From: Camelus dromedarius
Lineage: Eukaryota
Length of the DNA: 64,000 bases
Reading direction: 5' to 3'
Assembly: GCF_036321535.1 (NCBI RefSeq)
Contig: NC_087437.1
Location: 79,176,001-79,240,000, forward strand
Positions 50,871 to 63,960 of the stretch are shown here, piece by piece. The notes below the pieces were generated by a model that searched no databases, was not told the origin of the DNA, and saw only the letters and a list, made by a program, of their open reading frames with translations. Within the stretch, counting starts at the first letter, position 1. The number at the start of each line of letters is the position of its first letter. The translations under genes and the position numbers were made by a program.

Positions 50871-53800
50871 TCCAGTGGCATTTCTAGTTCTTAATTTCTA
50901 TTTAGCTAATGATTTTAAAATAATTGCTAATGTTATTTAGCAATACATTTGTCCTGCATGACTCAGCTCAGTATTGTAAATTGTGAAAGACAGAGGGGTG
51001 GACAACCAACAATTAAGCAAATAAAAGAGAAATCATTCTCTCTAGTAGGTACTTTTATTTTTCTCATCTAATTAATCAGGGATGGAATGTGTAGAGAGAG
51101 TGAGAGTCTGTGGATTGGGAAATAGTTGACATATTCAATGTCTAGTTAGTTGATATCATCTAAACCCAGGATAATTTAATTCCTTAAGAGATGTAGAGAC
51201 TTGTAATTTTAAATAAGAGAGAGTCCATAATATTTTACTTATAAGACCTTTATTCTGCTTATATGACTGTAATGGCATTTACTGCAGGGTATATGTGAAC
51301 AGAGAGGTAAGGGCCAGAATGGAAGTTAAACGTTGAACGTATGTCCTACAACATCCTCTATACTCACTTCATCAGCCAGTCCAGCTTTGTGATACATAAA
51401 TAAAAATAAAACGTTTTTATTTTTTTGGAAGTATGATTTCTTCTCTGAGTTTTTCAATATCTTGTATTTATCAGGACAAATAGAATGGGAGGACAATAAT
51501 TTTTCATTATTTTGCATCAAATGCACAAGTTCTAGAATGGGAAATTATTATAGTTTCCATTATAAAAACTTATTTGAATATTTTCCTGCTATTCTTACTG
51601 AACAATCTTCACTGATATTCTCACTGAATATCATTCCTTTAAAACTCCACATTATTGAAAAACCAAATGGCATAGAAACACTTCTTCCAAACCATAAGGT
51701 CACCATGTAAGAAATTGCCTTAGCAGCATTTTGGCAATGGTGGAAGCACAGTGATAGAAAATAACATTTGCAAAATATTAGAATATAGTGAGAGAATTCC
51801 ACCTCAAAATCTGTGACTTTAAAGCTTTGCAAAACTAGTTATGAAAGTGTGAACTATTTTTAATATTTTTGTAAAACTAAAATAAATTGTATTTTTTAGT
51901 ATTTTATGAACTAGAGGTGCATTTTATTTTTTAAACAGAAATTAACTGATTTTACTAATTTTTCCTATTGATAAAATGATTTGGGAGGTCACTTAAAAAG
52001 TCTGATCCTCTATAAAATTAGATAATAGGATAAGACCACTTGAAAAATCTCTTTGAACGCTAATGTTCTTGTCGTTTTTCAGTTTCTTTGGTACTCTATG
52101 GTTTTCCACACTGAAGGTCCTCTCTCAGGCCCCAGGTAAAGGAGTGGGGAAGAGATCGTTTGGAACATCTCTGCTCTTTTCCACAATTACTCTACAATGT
52201 TCATTTCTTACCTATTCAGATTCATTTGTTCATATAGCAGACATTTCTTCAGTACCTTCTAATGATCATTTTATCTGCTAAACTCCAAGAACAAGACAAA
52301 ATTTGTTTTTAATGTGCTTATGGTCAAGTAGGGGAGCCAACTGTGTATACGTAAATTACAGTACTCAGTAGTGTACTTATAATTTGTAAGACTGGAAGTT
52401 TGCACAGTGTCCATAAAGAGCACGGGGCAGAGCAGATGAACTACAGAGAAGATGTCTGGGGGATATGGAGTGACAAGGTATATGCTCTACCTCCTTGGAG
52501 CATAATTCTTGCCTAAAGTCCTATTGGCATTTTCTTTCAGGGGAATGTGAGATCCCCAGGTTGAGTTCCCAGCACCAACTTAATCTCCATTTCTTATAGA
52601 ATACCCACAATAGAGATTCAAAAGTTTCTCTGTTTTTTGTACTTTGTATTTCAACAGTATCTGTGGCAGAATCCAATCACAAATAAGAAAGAAAATTAAT
52701 TAGTTTTTAAATGATAGTTTTTGAGTACTTTCTTTAAAACTTTTTAAAAGTGGTTTCAGATAATTTCTTCTTTATGGAAAATGTTGAAAAAAAATTTTGA
52801 GAAAAATATGGAGTATGGTGTTACAGGGCCCACCATAAGTCTACTTCCCTTAACTCTGTCTTTTTTTTTTTTTTAATCAGTTAACAATGCTATGTTATAT
52901 GAACTTTTATCTGTTTTCTCCTCTAGCTACTCAGAACAAAAGTTCCACTGTACTGTATATTAACTCTAATAAAGGGTTCTAAAATTTCTGCAAACATCCC
53001 ATGTTCTGGAGTCCAGTTAGTATTAAGTCATTTTACCCACCCACATAACATTTTGCTGTCAGGGATTCCATCTCAACAGCATTCTAAGTTCTTCAAAAAA
53101 GTAATTAGTATAAATACAAAATAGAAAACAATGGCAACAGGTAAAACATCATTTTATTTTTAAGGAGCACTTAAGTCTTAAACATGTAGATGAAAGCCAA
53201 GATTTGTTCTGCAAAATTCCTCAAAGAAATTATAATTTTTTATAGAGACTATCTTTGTTAGTGTCAGCACAACAAATTCAAACCTGGTGCATATTTCTAA
53301 GTATTTCAGCTTTTTTTATTTTTTTTTAATTCCAAGCACTCTTCTTGCTGTTGCAAAAGAAAAAAAAATAAAAATAAAAATCTTATTCTTTATCTGAAGA
53401 CTATATTTGTTTTTATATGAAACTCCGATTTTATGTGAAACTTTGATTATTTGGCACCCAGTCTGTAGAGTATGTTTAAACTTTGTGGATGTATCTTTAG
53501 AATCTAAAGATGCCTTCTCACTTCATATTTCCCTTGAAATCATCCAATTCCATGACTTCACTTACCATCTGTAAATAGATGACTTCCAAGTTTTTATCTC
53601 TAATACCAAACTGTATGAAAAAATTCTGTGCAATATAGGTAACTACTTCACATCTGTACTTGTATGCCTAAGAGACAGACAGAAATATCATTTATCAAAA
53701 CATGAACTCCTGATGAGCACACCCAGATGTACACAAAGAAACATACACACCTGCATAAGAACTCGCACACATACCAACCAATCCGCAGCTTGTACAATGT

Positions 53801-54059
53801 TCCTTATGTCAGTAAGTCTGACGGCCATTAAAAATGATGATTATAAAAGAAATAAATGATTGTCGTAGAAAAATTGCAAAATGTAGAAAAGTATAAAAGC
53901 AATAATTTTGCCTGTTATGCAGCAACTTAATATTGATAGCATTTTCAGGGATTTCCCTTAGTACATTCAAACAGCTTTTTCTTGGTCTTTCACTTCTTAA
54001 TCATGGCAATTATTTTTTTGGATGCAATATACTTTTAAATCTTTTATATATATTATAAG

Positions 54060-54168
54060 ACCCGGCATGTGACTTAGGAAGCAGAGTGTGAGTGGTGCTT
54101 TACCTTCACTTGTTTTCTTGTCCAAGCATCTTCCGTAGGGCACAACCTGCACAAGCTGAGCAGCCTGG
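54060..54168. mobile_element. MER91-like hAT-Tip100 relic
   Basis: gggcacaacctgcacaa motif near the end. Confidence 0.4.
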
Positions 54169-54389
54169 GAGCCTTAAACTCTATACTGTCAAGATGCCAA
54201 CATTCACTTTAGCAGCTCCCCTCCCTGAAGACATTTAATTAAATATGTTTACTGAAGGAGCCTCTGAAATCTTTTCTGTGCTAAAGACTACAACTTAATC
54301 TGTACTTAAGAGTAAATGGAAGTTAATTCCCTCTCTTTCTTTCTCTCACATATACACACAGACACATAAGAGGAAATACTTTTTTTTAA

Positions 54390-54510
54390 TCCCCACTAAA
54401 CATGTAAGGTAACTGAGGTTAAGAATCTCTCTCCAAGTCTCATTGTAAGTCAGTAGTAGAATGAGAGTTTGAAGTCAGGTCATCTTTAACCACAGCCCAT
54501 GATATCAGTC
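54390..54510 (-). mobile_element. MIR SINE relic
   Basis: taaggtaactgaggttaag...ccaagtctca...agtcagtagtagaatgagagtttgaagtcaggtc. Confidence 0.6.
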
Positions 54511-55933
54511 ACCTTTCTCTATTGAATCATTAATGACCTGAGTTTCTCAAGGAAAATACCTATTTTAGTAAACCTAAGGATTTGCAATTAATCTTTTCTT
54601 CTTTTTTTTCTGTTACTGTTGTACAGAATCATAGACATCCAGATTTATAAAGGACTTTAGTGTTCACCTAGTGCTATAGCTTCATTTCAAGAAAGAGGTA
54701 TAGCATTAGTGATTTGCTCAAGAAAGATTCGAGATGTGAGCTAAGATTTCTGACTCCCTGACTAGCTTTTATATCTTACCACACAGGTTTAATATCACAA
54801 AGACTGTCTGTGTAACAATTGTGAACATGGGGTGGGAGGGGAAATAATTTGAGGGGATTGGAAATAGTGGTTTGGAATAAGTTTAAAGAGAAAAATGTTC
54901 AGATTTTGGAATCAAATTCAAAAGGTATACTTTATTCTGACAATTGGTAAATGCCTTTTTGAAGTATAGCAGTAACTGATTAGTGGTAATGAGAATGTTA
55001 AAAACAACAAGAAAAATATATATAGTCACATCAGAAGTCAACAATATGCACAGTGACAGATTTGGAAATTAAAAACACATCCAAAAAAGATCATATTCAT
55101 TTTTCTGGGTGAGCATGTAGGTGTAGAGCATACCCCAAGGTCCTAGAATTTCTAAATACATATTTTTCATGAAATTAGGACTGTGAAAAAATGAAAATGT
55201 TGGAAGAAAAGTTTATGGAAAATAAGTACTATGTTAGGAAAAATAGGAGAACAGATTGCCAATAAAAAGAATTTTTCAGCCTTTTCTGTGACACACTTTA
55301 ATTGAGTTTTTTAACCAATATAAACCTTGATATAATTAGAAAACTTCGCAGAAACCATTCCGTCTAATAAAAACAAAATTTTATCATTGGTTTAAATGTC
55401 TCTGAGGATTTTTTTCCTTTGTTAAGGGAATACAATTATCCCCAATTTCCATCTTAGGCTGACTTCTCAAATAAAACACGAGAACGTTCAAATATTTTGC
55501 CATTGGAAAGTTCATGAAAGCAACATACTAATTTCAGAACTCTCTTTATGGGGAAAAAAAGAACACATTTTATTTTTCATATACTTAAACCTTTTTTTTT
55601 CTTCACAAAAGTTAACACCGAAAGAGGCTTTAGCAAAAGACCCCCTAAGGGATTCAGAAATGACTTCTGGGAGATTTTAGTTATTATAACTTCTATTTAG
55701 AACCTCAGCATGAAAACCACAGTTATTTTGTTGTTGTTGTTGAAAAGAGTAATTCAAAGTCATTTCTTATTCCACAAACATATAAAGTAAAAATAAAGAT
55801 TGCCTTTTATTTTAAGCTGCTCATTTTTCTTCTATTCAGTATTTTTTGCCTTGAGAACATTATGTATTAATGTGTTATTCTAAATCACATGGCTTATTAA
55901 AAACAAAAATTCATGACTTATTGGGATAATCTA

Positions 55934-56430
55934 TGTATTATCAGGATCTAGTCAGTAAAACAGAGACCATTCTAGTTTTTCAAAAAATAAAAAAAATAAG
56001 GGGGAGGGATTTAATACATGGAATTGGTTAAACAGGGTTTGAAAGAGCTGAGAAGACATACAAGAGGCAGATACTCCAGAGAATAGCAGGCAGGAAGCTG
56101 CTGATTTGCATAGAGTTGAGAGACAACAATGGAGGTACTGTTACTAAGGCAGAGAACCTAGGAACAGGAAGCTGGAGCGAGAAGCCTAGCAGGCCGGCTT
56201 TACCCTGTAGCAGAACTGAGACCGTGCAGAGAGGGACAAACTGTGGAAAGCCGAGGGAGAGAGGAGATGCAGTCACTACAACACATGCCAGGAAGCAAAG
56301 AAATTTCTTGTTCTGGCCACATCTAACCCCATGTTAAAGGATAAGAGACCCTGCTAAATGCAGCTCTCGGAGTTACACAATGAAAAAGGGGAAGGGTGAT
56401 ATATGAATTTGAGAGTAAACAAGCATAGTT
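55934..56430 (-). mobile_element. Ancient LTR (LTR85/88- or MamGyp-like)
   Basis: tgtattatcaggatctagtcagtaaaacagagacca...ggatttaatacatggaattggtta. Confidence 0.5.
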
Positions 56431-56545
56431 TAGAAATCTAATTTGTTTCAACCACATTTAAATACAAATTTAAGGCAGCTCTACAAAAATTTAGGAATAT
56501 TTTGAAAAGTTTTTTTGAAGTAATTTTTTCATAAAAGCTCAAGAA

Positions 56546-56754
56546 CAGTGCTCTCTAATAATATTTTCTCTGATGATGGAAATACTCTGTATCTGCACTG
56601 TCCAATACTGTAGGTGCAAATCATATGTGGCCACTGAGAATTTGAAAAGTAGCCATTGTTACTGAGGAACTAAATTTTTAATCTCATTAAATTTTAGTTA
56701 ATTTAAATTTAAAAAGCCACATGTGCATATTGATTACCATCTTGTTAAGCACAG
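56546..56754. mobile_element. MER3-like hAT-Charlie MITE
   Basis: tgatgatggaaatactctgtatctgcactgtccaata...actgaggaactaaattttta...agccacatgtg. Confidence 0.88.
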
Positions 56755-57309
56755 ATCTAGACATATTAAGATAACCACATTGGTTCAAACTAGTTAATCT
56801 ACATGTCTTTGGAGTTTACCTGACATGTAATAACTAAAAATTGACTGATAAATGTGCCAAATCCCATCAGGAAAATATTTATAAAATGAAGTGTATATTA
56901 TGTAACTAAAGTAAATTCTTAAGTGTATTTACTTCAGGACTTCATTACTCCCATCTCATTTTCCCAACGTAAAAACAAACAAACAAAAACCCTGTATTTA
57001 GAGTTTAGGTTGGTTCATTCTACTTAGAAATCTTTTTTATCTACTAAATTATTTCTTTGGTCCTAAAATCATCAAAGAGAAAGAAACAGCTTTTTTTCGG
57101 GGATATTATATATGTACTCAGAAGAATTTTTTAACTGAAAAATGCATAGACAAAAACTCAGTGAACAAGAATGTGTATATATGTGAGAAGAAGAAAGGAG
57201 AGACAAGAGAGATGATAATATCTAAATGATCACAAATAATATTATTCATAAAACTTAATTATTTTGCATTTAGGTAAAATTAAAATAAAGTCTTTTCTGC
57301 TGAAAGTAT

Positions 57310-58728
57310 TCTTTAATAGCAATTTACTGACTTATAATTGATATAACAAGAACTGCACTTACTTGATGTGTACAGTTTAATCAGTTTGGGCATAGGCAAA
57401 CCACAGTCAAGGCAATGGACATATCCAACACCTCCAAGAGTTTCCTTGTATCCTCCATTGTTTGTTGTTTCTCTTGTGGTAAGATTACCTAACAGGAGAT
57501 GTATCCTCAATAAGTTTCGAAAAATACTATATTGTTAACTACAGACACTACATTTTACCCAGATCTCTGGAACTTGTTATTCCAGCATAACTGAAACTTT
57601 ATACTTATTGAATGATGACTTCCCATTCCTCCACCCTCTAGCTCCTGGCAATCAATACTGCATTTTATACTTCTATGAGTTTGACTATCTTATATAACTC
57701 ATGTAAGTGAAATCATGTAGTAGTTGATCTTCTGTAACCAGCTTATTTTGCTTAACATAAAGTCTTCTAGGTTCATCCATGTTTTTGCAAATGTCAGGAT
57801 ATCCTTTTTTTTTTAAAGGATGAATAACATTCCATTGCATGTATGCACTGTATTTTCTTTATCCATTCATCTACTGATGGACATTTAGCTTGTGTCCATT
57901 TATTGGCTATTGTTAACAGTACTGCAGTGAACATGGATGTGCGGGTATCTTTTCAAGATTCTGATTTCAGTTCTTTTGGTTAGATACCCAGAAGTGGAAT
58001 TGCTGAATCAATTCTATATTTAATTTTTGGAGGAATCTCTGTACTGTTTCCTTAGCTGCTAAACCATTTTACATTTCCACTAGTTTATGAGGGTTCTAAT
58101 CTCTCCACAATGTCATCAATATCTTCTATTTATAAATTTATTTAATAACAGCCATCCTACCAGGTGTGAGGTAATATTTCATTATAATTTTGAGTTGCAT
58201 TTCCCTTATAATTAGTGATGTTGAGCATCTTTTGATACACCTTTCAGTCATTTATATGCCTTCTTCAGGTAAATGCTTATTTTAGTCTTTTGCCCCCCCC
58301 CCTTTTTTTTTAATCAACTTACCTGTATTTTTGCTATTAAATTGTATAAGTTCCCTATATATTTTGGAAATTAACTCCTTATCAGATATATGGTTTATAA
58401 ATATTTTCTCCCATCCCATAGGTTGCTTTTTCATTCTCTTGATGGTTTCCTCTGCTTTTTAATTTGATGTAGTCCTGCTTGTTCACTTTTGCTTTTGTTG
58501 CCTTGCTTTTGGTGTCATCCAAGAAATTACTGTCAAGATCAATGTTGAGAAGCTTTTCCTTATATTTTGTCTAAAAGTTTTACAGTGTCAGGTCTTGAAT
58601 TTAAGTATTTAATTCATTTGAGTTGATTTTTGTGTAGGGTGTAAAGAAGGGGTCCAATTTAAATTTTTTTCCATGTAGATACCAAGTTTTCCCACAACCA
58701 TTTGTTGAAGAGACTCTTTTCTCTATTG
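57310..58728 (-). mobile_element. Old L1 (L1MA9/L1MB-type), about 1.4 kb, degraded
   Basis: 3' UTR plus ORF2 3' region (ggttcatccatg, atccattcatctactgatggacatttag, gatgttgagcatc, atcagatatatggttt). Confidence 0.93.
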
Positions 58729-59680
58729 GAAGTCTTTACTTACAGCTATATTTACTTCCATTTTTTGAGCTTGGGGTTCTGTGTTTATACATATTTAAAA
58801 TTATGTACAAATCAATATCATTTTTAAGTTATAATTTTTGATGAAGCATTTTTCTATGTTATTAAAATTGTATAAAACATACTTCTGGTAGAAATATAGT
58901 ATAGATAGAGTTTAATTTACCTAATCACTTTTATATTATTCATCATGTAGGTTGCTTTTTAAATTTTTGTTGTGTTTGGTAGTCTGATTTGACCATATTT
59001 TGAATTACTTTTATATGAGAAGTTCATACAATTACTAGGTCAAATGTTATAACTATTTTCAAAACTGGATATAGGCTGCTAAACTGTCTGGAAATACTGA
59101 TTAATTTTGACTCTCATCTGGAATATGTGAGAATATATAATGAATCACTTTTTTATACATGAAGTAAGAATCTTAGTAATCCAAATTAAGGTTATATATA
59201 AGACATTGCAACATTAGTCACAGGTATAAAATCAGTACTGAGAAACATTAATATTAACTATCTCCAGGTTAAATTTTCAAGCCTTTATTTTATAAAAAGA
59301 ATCATCTGGACAATTTGTTTAAAATAAAAACTCTTGAGTGTACACTAGAAAGAATATCATTCAAAAAGTCAGGATATCTGCATGACTAACTCCTGATGAT
59401 TCCTCAATTTTCAGCTTATATATCACTTCATTAAAGGGACCTTCCTGAAAAGTCCATCTTATTTATATGCTCATAGCATTTTATACTATTTCTCATAACC
59501 ATCATCACTATTTTAATGATTTACTTATTCAAGTGATTATCAGCTTTATATGTCTTCTCAACTAGTCAAATTTCAATGTGGGCAGAGGCCATATCTATTT
59601 TGTTTATTCCTTTAAGCTACATTTTCTTAAAAACAAGTCTTGACTAAAAGGCTTGTGTCCAGATAATTATTAAGAAATCA

Positions 59681-59720
59681 GTTTTGTTTTGTTTTGTTTT
59701 GTTTTGTTTTGTTTTGTTTT
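59681..59720. repeat. (GTTTT)8 perfect microsatellite
   Basis: Read directly from the sequence. Confidence 0.98.
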
Positions 59721-59741
59721 GAGCAAGTGTAAGGGACAGCG

Positions 59742-60252
59742 TTTGTGCCCCCAAACACAACGTCTCTTAATTCAGCCTATAGATAGGAAGTTGTAAGGAC
59801 TTTTAAGGCTCATTACACATGGTACTGTATGGAAAGGATTGTTAACACTATGGAAGAAAACCTGATAGAACATCATGAAATTCTGGAAGGATTACACTAT
59901 TTAAGATGTTGTCATTCAAAAAGCTATGAATGCCATCAAGCTCAAAGCAATAAATTCCTGCTGGAGAAAATTATGTCCAGATGTTGTGTATGACTTCACA
60001 AGATTTAAGACAAAGCCAATCAAGGAAATCATGAGAGAGGCTTGTGGATATGGAAAAAAGGAGGGTGGGTGAAGGGCTTCAAGATAGGGATCTTGGAGAA
60101 ATCTAAGAGCTAATAGACACCACGCAGAGGAATTAACAGAAGACAACTTGATGGAGATGAGTGCTTCTGAACCAGTGCCAGATGATAAGGAAGAAGATGG
60201 AGGAGAAGCAGTTCCAGAAAACAAACTGACAGTAGAAAATCTGGCAGAATGG
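59742..60252 (+). mobile_element. Tigger (Tigger2-like, pogo family) transposase internal fragment, frameshifted
   Basis: Translated pieces across frameshifts: PPNTTSL, IQPID, VRTFKAHYTWYCMERIVNTMEEN, INSCWRKLCPDVVYDF, EELTEDNLMEMSASEPVPDD. Confidence 0.88.
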
Positions 60253-60289
60253 TCATTCCATTGAATGTGTAGTATACCTTAAACTAAAT

Positions 60290-60725
60290 GCTAAGAAAGC
60301 AATCAACAGGGTGAAGAGACAATCAAGGGAATAGGAGGTAACATACACAAATCATGTATCTGATAAGGAGTTACTATCCAAAATATATAAAGAACTATAA
60401 CCCAATAGCGAAAAATGAATAAATAAATAAATAATCCAATAATTTGATTAAAAATGGACAAAGGGCATGATTAGACTTTTCTCTAAAGAAGACATATAAT
60501 TGGTCAAAAGAAATATGAAAAGTTGCAAAGGTGCTCAGCATCATTAATTATCAGGGAAAAGCAAATCTAAACCACAATAAGATATCACCTCACAACTGTT
60601 AGGATAGCTATTATTAAAACAACAAAAGGTAAGTGTTGGAGAGAATATGGAGAAAAGGGAAACTATGTATACTGTTTGTGGGAATATAAATTGGCTCAGA
60701 CATTATGGAAAACACTATGGGGTTT
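60290..60725 (+). mobile_element. Old L1 ORF2 internal fragment
   Basis: aatcaacagggtgaagagacaa...atctgataagg...aaccacaataagatatcacctcaca...actgtttgtgggaatataaattgg. Confidence 0.9.
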
Positions 60726-61059
60726 GCTTGAGTTATGTAAATGGTTAACCTAATTCTACAATTTTATATTTTTAAGGCTTCCAAAGAAGTTAACAAAAAT
60801 CACGTCATTACACACTCCTTATATAATCCTTGTCTTCATTTTAAATGCCAAAGCTTCCTTGTAATTCAACACTTTATTTTCTCCCTGCGCCCAATCTCAA
60901 TCATTTCAGGTGAAAGTCATGATCATTTGATGCTACCACAAGTACCTGGTGATCATCACCTTGAATTACCAAAGCAATAGTTAATTCCTAAATTCCCTGC
61001 TACGAGGTAAGTGATCCAACTTGAAAATTCTATCCAAAGGTTACCAATTACCTTCGCTG

Positions 61060-61540
61060 AGATGACCATGAAAGCAAAGATAAAGGTTTGATTGAAGATA
61101 CTTTATTGTTAGTTAAATTTCAGAGAGTAGGTGAACAACACTGGAAAATTAAGGAGGAAAAATGAATACAAGAGTGCAATATAGAGTTGCTCAGTCCTAA
61201 GAGAGACTGGTGCTCAATTCTTATGGGACATCTCAGGATTATTATGAACTAAATCCCAGAAACTATTAGTAGGAAGATAAAAAGGGATACATTTCTTCTT
61301 AGGACTTTACCTATTGGTCAGAGGAGACTTTGTGTGCATCAGTTTCTGTGTACATTCAGGTTGCATGGGCGTGAATGCTAAATGGTGTCCCCTTTTCACC
61401 CCACATTGAAACAACAAAGAAGCCCTTAAGGGAAGCAAGAAACACACGATACAGCACAGAACCAAGAACCTATTGGGTTTTAACCATGTAAACCTCATCA
61501 AAGCTTATGTAGAATTTATCCCTAAAACATTGGCTGGAGT
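61060..61540 (-). mobile_element. Ancient ERVL-type LTR relic
   Basis: LTR33/41-like blocks (gactggtgctcaattc, cctattggtcagagg, tcaggttgcat); highly diverged. Confidence 0.4.
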
Positions 61541-61962
61541 TAAACAAAACAAAACAAAACAAAAATGGGGAAGGGTAGAAAAGTAATGGAATCATAAGTT
61601 ACATTCATGATGTTACCTCTGATTCTTAACATTAAAGAGGAAATCAATAAACATCTTTTGAATGAACAGATGAATAGATGCACACAATTAAGATATAGTT
61701 AGTGGCTACATGGTTTAGGATAGAACTATTTTTACAGTTTTTAGCTGAAGCTAAATTTTGTTAGTGTATTAGTGAGTACAGTTTGCTCTCTGCTATCCAT
61801 TGCTACTTTCAATTGCTACATTATTTAGACAAAAATAATGTTCTTATGAGCTATCAATCAACAAGTCATTTGTATGTATCTTATATATATATATATATAT
61901 ATGCATTTATTGATATGGCTTGGGGAAGGTGAACAACTCAAGCAGTTTCCTTCAAGCACTTT

Positions 61963-62184
61963 TTTTAATATTTTTTATTGAGTAATAGTCATTTTATAAT
62001 GTGTCAAATTCTAGTATAGAGCACAATTTTTCAGTTATACATGAACATACATATATTCCTTGTCATATTTTTTTTCACTGTGAGCTACCACAAGATCTTG
62101 TATATATTTCCCTGTGCTATACAGTATAATCTTGTTTATCTGTTCTGCATTTTAAAATCCCAGTCTGTCCCTTCCCACCCCCTG
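61963..62184 (-). mobile_element. Short 5'-truncated camelid-type L1 3' end with TSD
   Basis: Clearly homologous to the 3' UTR at 46345-46560. TSD caagcacttt at 61953-61962 and 62185-62194. Confidence 0.93.
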
Positions 62185-63199
62185 CAAGCACTTTCTTTTC
62201 CAGGTTGGTCTTGTCCTCACATTAAGTCCTCCATCTCCAAATTTACAGATGAGTTGCCAAGGAAATGAGAAATTATGATAACATAGACATTGCTATTTAT
62301 CTTAGGTAAAGAAAACATATTCTGTTCATACTGTGACCCGATATCTCATGCTCTGGAGGGAATAACATCTTCCTCTTCTCTTTGGAGAACAGCTGCAAAA
62401 GTCTTTCCAAATCTTTTTATTTTTCCCCTTGGTAGGTTCTACATAATTTAAATATATTTGGGGATTTTGACAGAGTGGATCTCCAGAATATCTAAGTATT
62501 AAAAAGTTTAGATTGTTTGGGTCTGCCTGTGTGAGATAGTAATTCGCTCTCTGGGCACACAGGTTATTTTGGAATTTCTTATGTTTTCATGGGCGTGTCA
62601 GATTTTCTTTCTGAAATTCAGGTTTGTTAGCAAAAAAGTATGACTTTGAAAAAGCATCTTTAGATCTTTTTTTAAAATTTATTGTTAGAAAATGCAATGG
62701 CTCTCTTTATCCTCGAGGGTGCAAAATTTGCCAAGAGAATTTTTCTTTTAGTAGCATTTCATTTATTTCTCACATTTTGTTTACTTAACTTAGCTACCAG
62801 CCTGGGGTGTTTTGCTGAGACACTGGTAGATATCTATATCTGTTTGCAGGATATTTTTTATTTTTAAGTGACTTCCAAAACATAGTGTTTTTCTTAATAA
62901 ATTCTGACTTAATAAATTAACTGCCAACCTATTTGAACATAGAATTCTCGTTTCTTTCCTAGGGATTGTTTCTCTTAACCATTCTCTTAACACTAAGTAC
63001 AACAAACTTTCTGTATAATACAAAACAAACAAAAAGCTGTCCCATTGTTTATTCAGTAAACATGCACCAGATGAATCCAAAACTTTTTGTACTACCTTAG
63101 GCACTGAGGATAGAGAAAGAACAGCTTCTTCACTGAGAAGCAGTTTGATCCATTACTTTTCCCCCTCTCATTTCCTCTCATATATTTTTATGACAATGC

Positions 63200-63740
63200 A
63201 AAATAATACATCCATTATGAAGCAGAATTTGGCAATATCTTACAAAACTACATTTTCATTAATACTTTGACACAGAAATCCCACCTGTAATAGGAGTCTC
63301 TTCAGAAGTTATACTCACAAAAAGTAAAGTGACACAGGCACAAATTTATTCATGTAGGTATTATTTCTAATAACAAAAGATTCAAAATGGCGTAAGTATC
63401 CATTAATAGGAGATGGATTGCATAATCTATACCACATTCTCACGATGGAGCAGTGTACATCAGTGAAATAGAATGAGTGTATATAGGCTTATTTCAAAGA
63501 CATAATTCAGTGAAAGAATCAAGCTATAGAACTTTGTAGACTGCATGCAATATTTAGTGCAAATGGTGGGGATATATGTGCATGTATGTGTATACCTACT
63601 ATTTGCAAACAAAAATGATAGATTAAAAATAGTAAAAACAGTTTCCTTTAAAATCAGGGAGGAAACAGAACAAGAATAAGAAGAGTAATGGAAGTAAGAT
63701 TTCTGTGAATGTACTTGGTCTATAATTTTTTCCTATTACT
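63200..63740 (+). mobile_element. Ancient L1 (L1ME-type) fragment
   Basis: aatttggcaatatct...ctttgacacagaaatcccac...aagtatccattaataggagatggattg. Confidence 0.7.
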
Positions 63741-63960
63741 TTAAAAATTTCTTACTGACAAATAATGTACATAGAGGCAAGTGAATCAAGCTTGCATATA
63801 AGGCTTGAATTATCATATAATGAACATACACATGTACCCAACTTCCAGTCTAGGAAAAGTGCAGTAGTAGAACAGTACAAAATCCCCCTGATGTCCACGT
63901 GATAACCTTCCACTGACTCTGTCTTTCTATCATCAGTGACTCCAAGATGACCTCTATCTT
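63740..63960 (-). mobile_element. Old L1 3' end fragment
   Basis: tgacaaataatgtacatag...tgaacatacacatgtacccaacttccagtctagg. Confidence 0.5.

Noticed and set aside
59916..60224. 102-aa Ser-rich minus-strand ORF
   Set aside because: Antisense of the acidic region of the Tigger transposase.
728..63104. Most 60-130 aa ORFs in the supplied track
   Set aside because: They have AT-biased composition, many use non-ATG starts, they overlap decayed repeats and show no recognisable domains; this is expected by chance.
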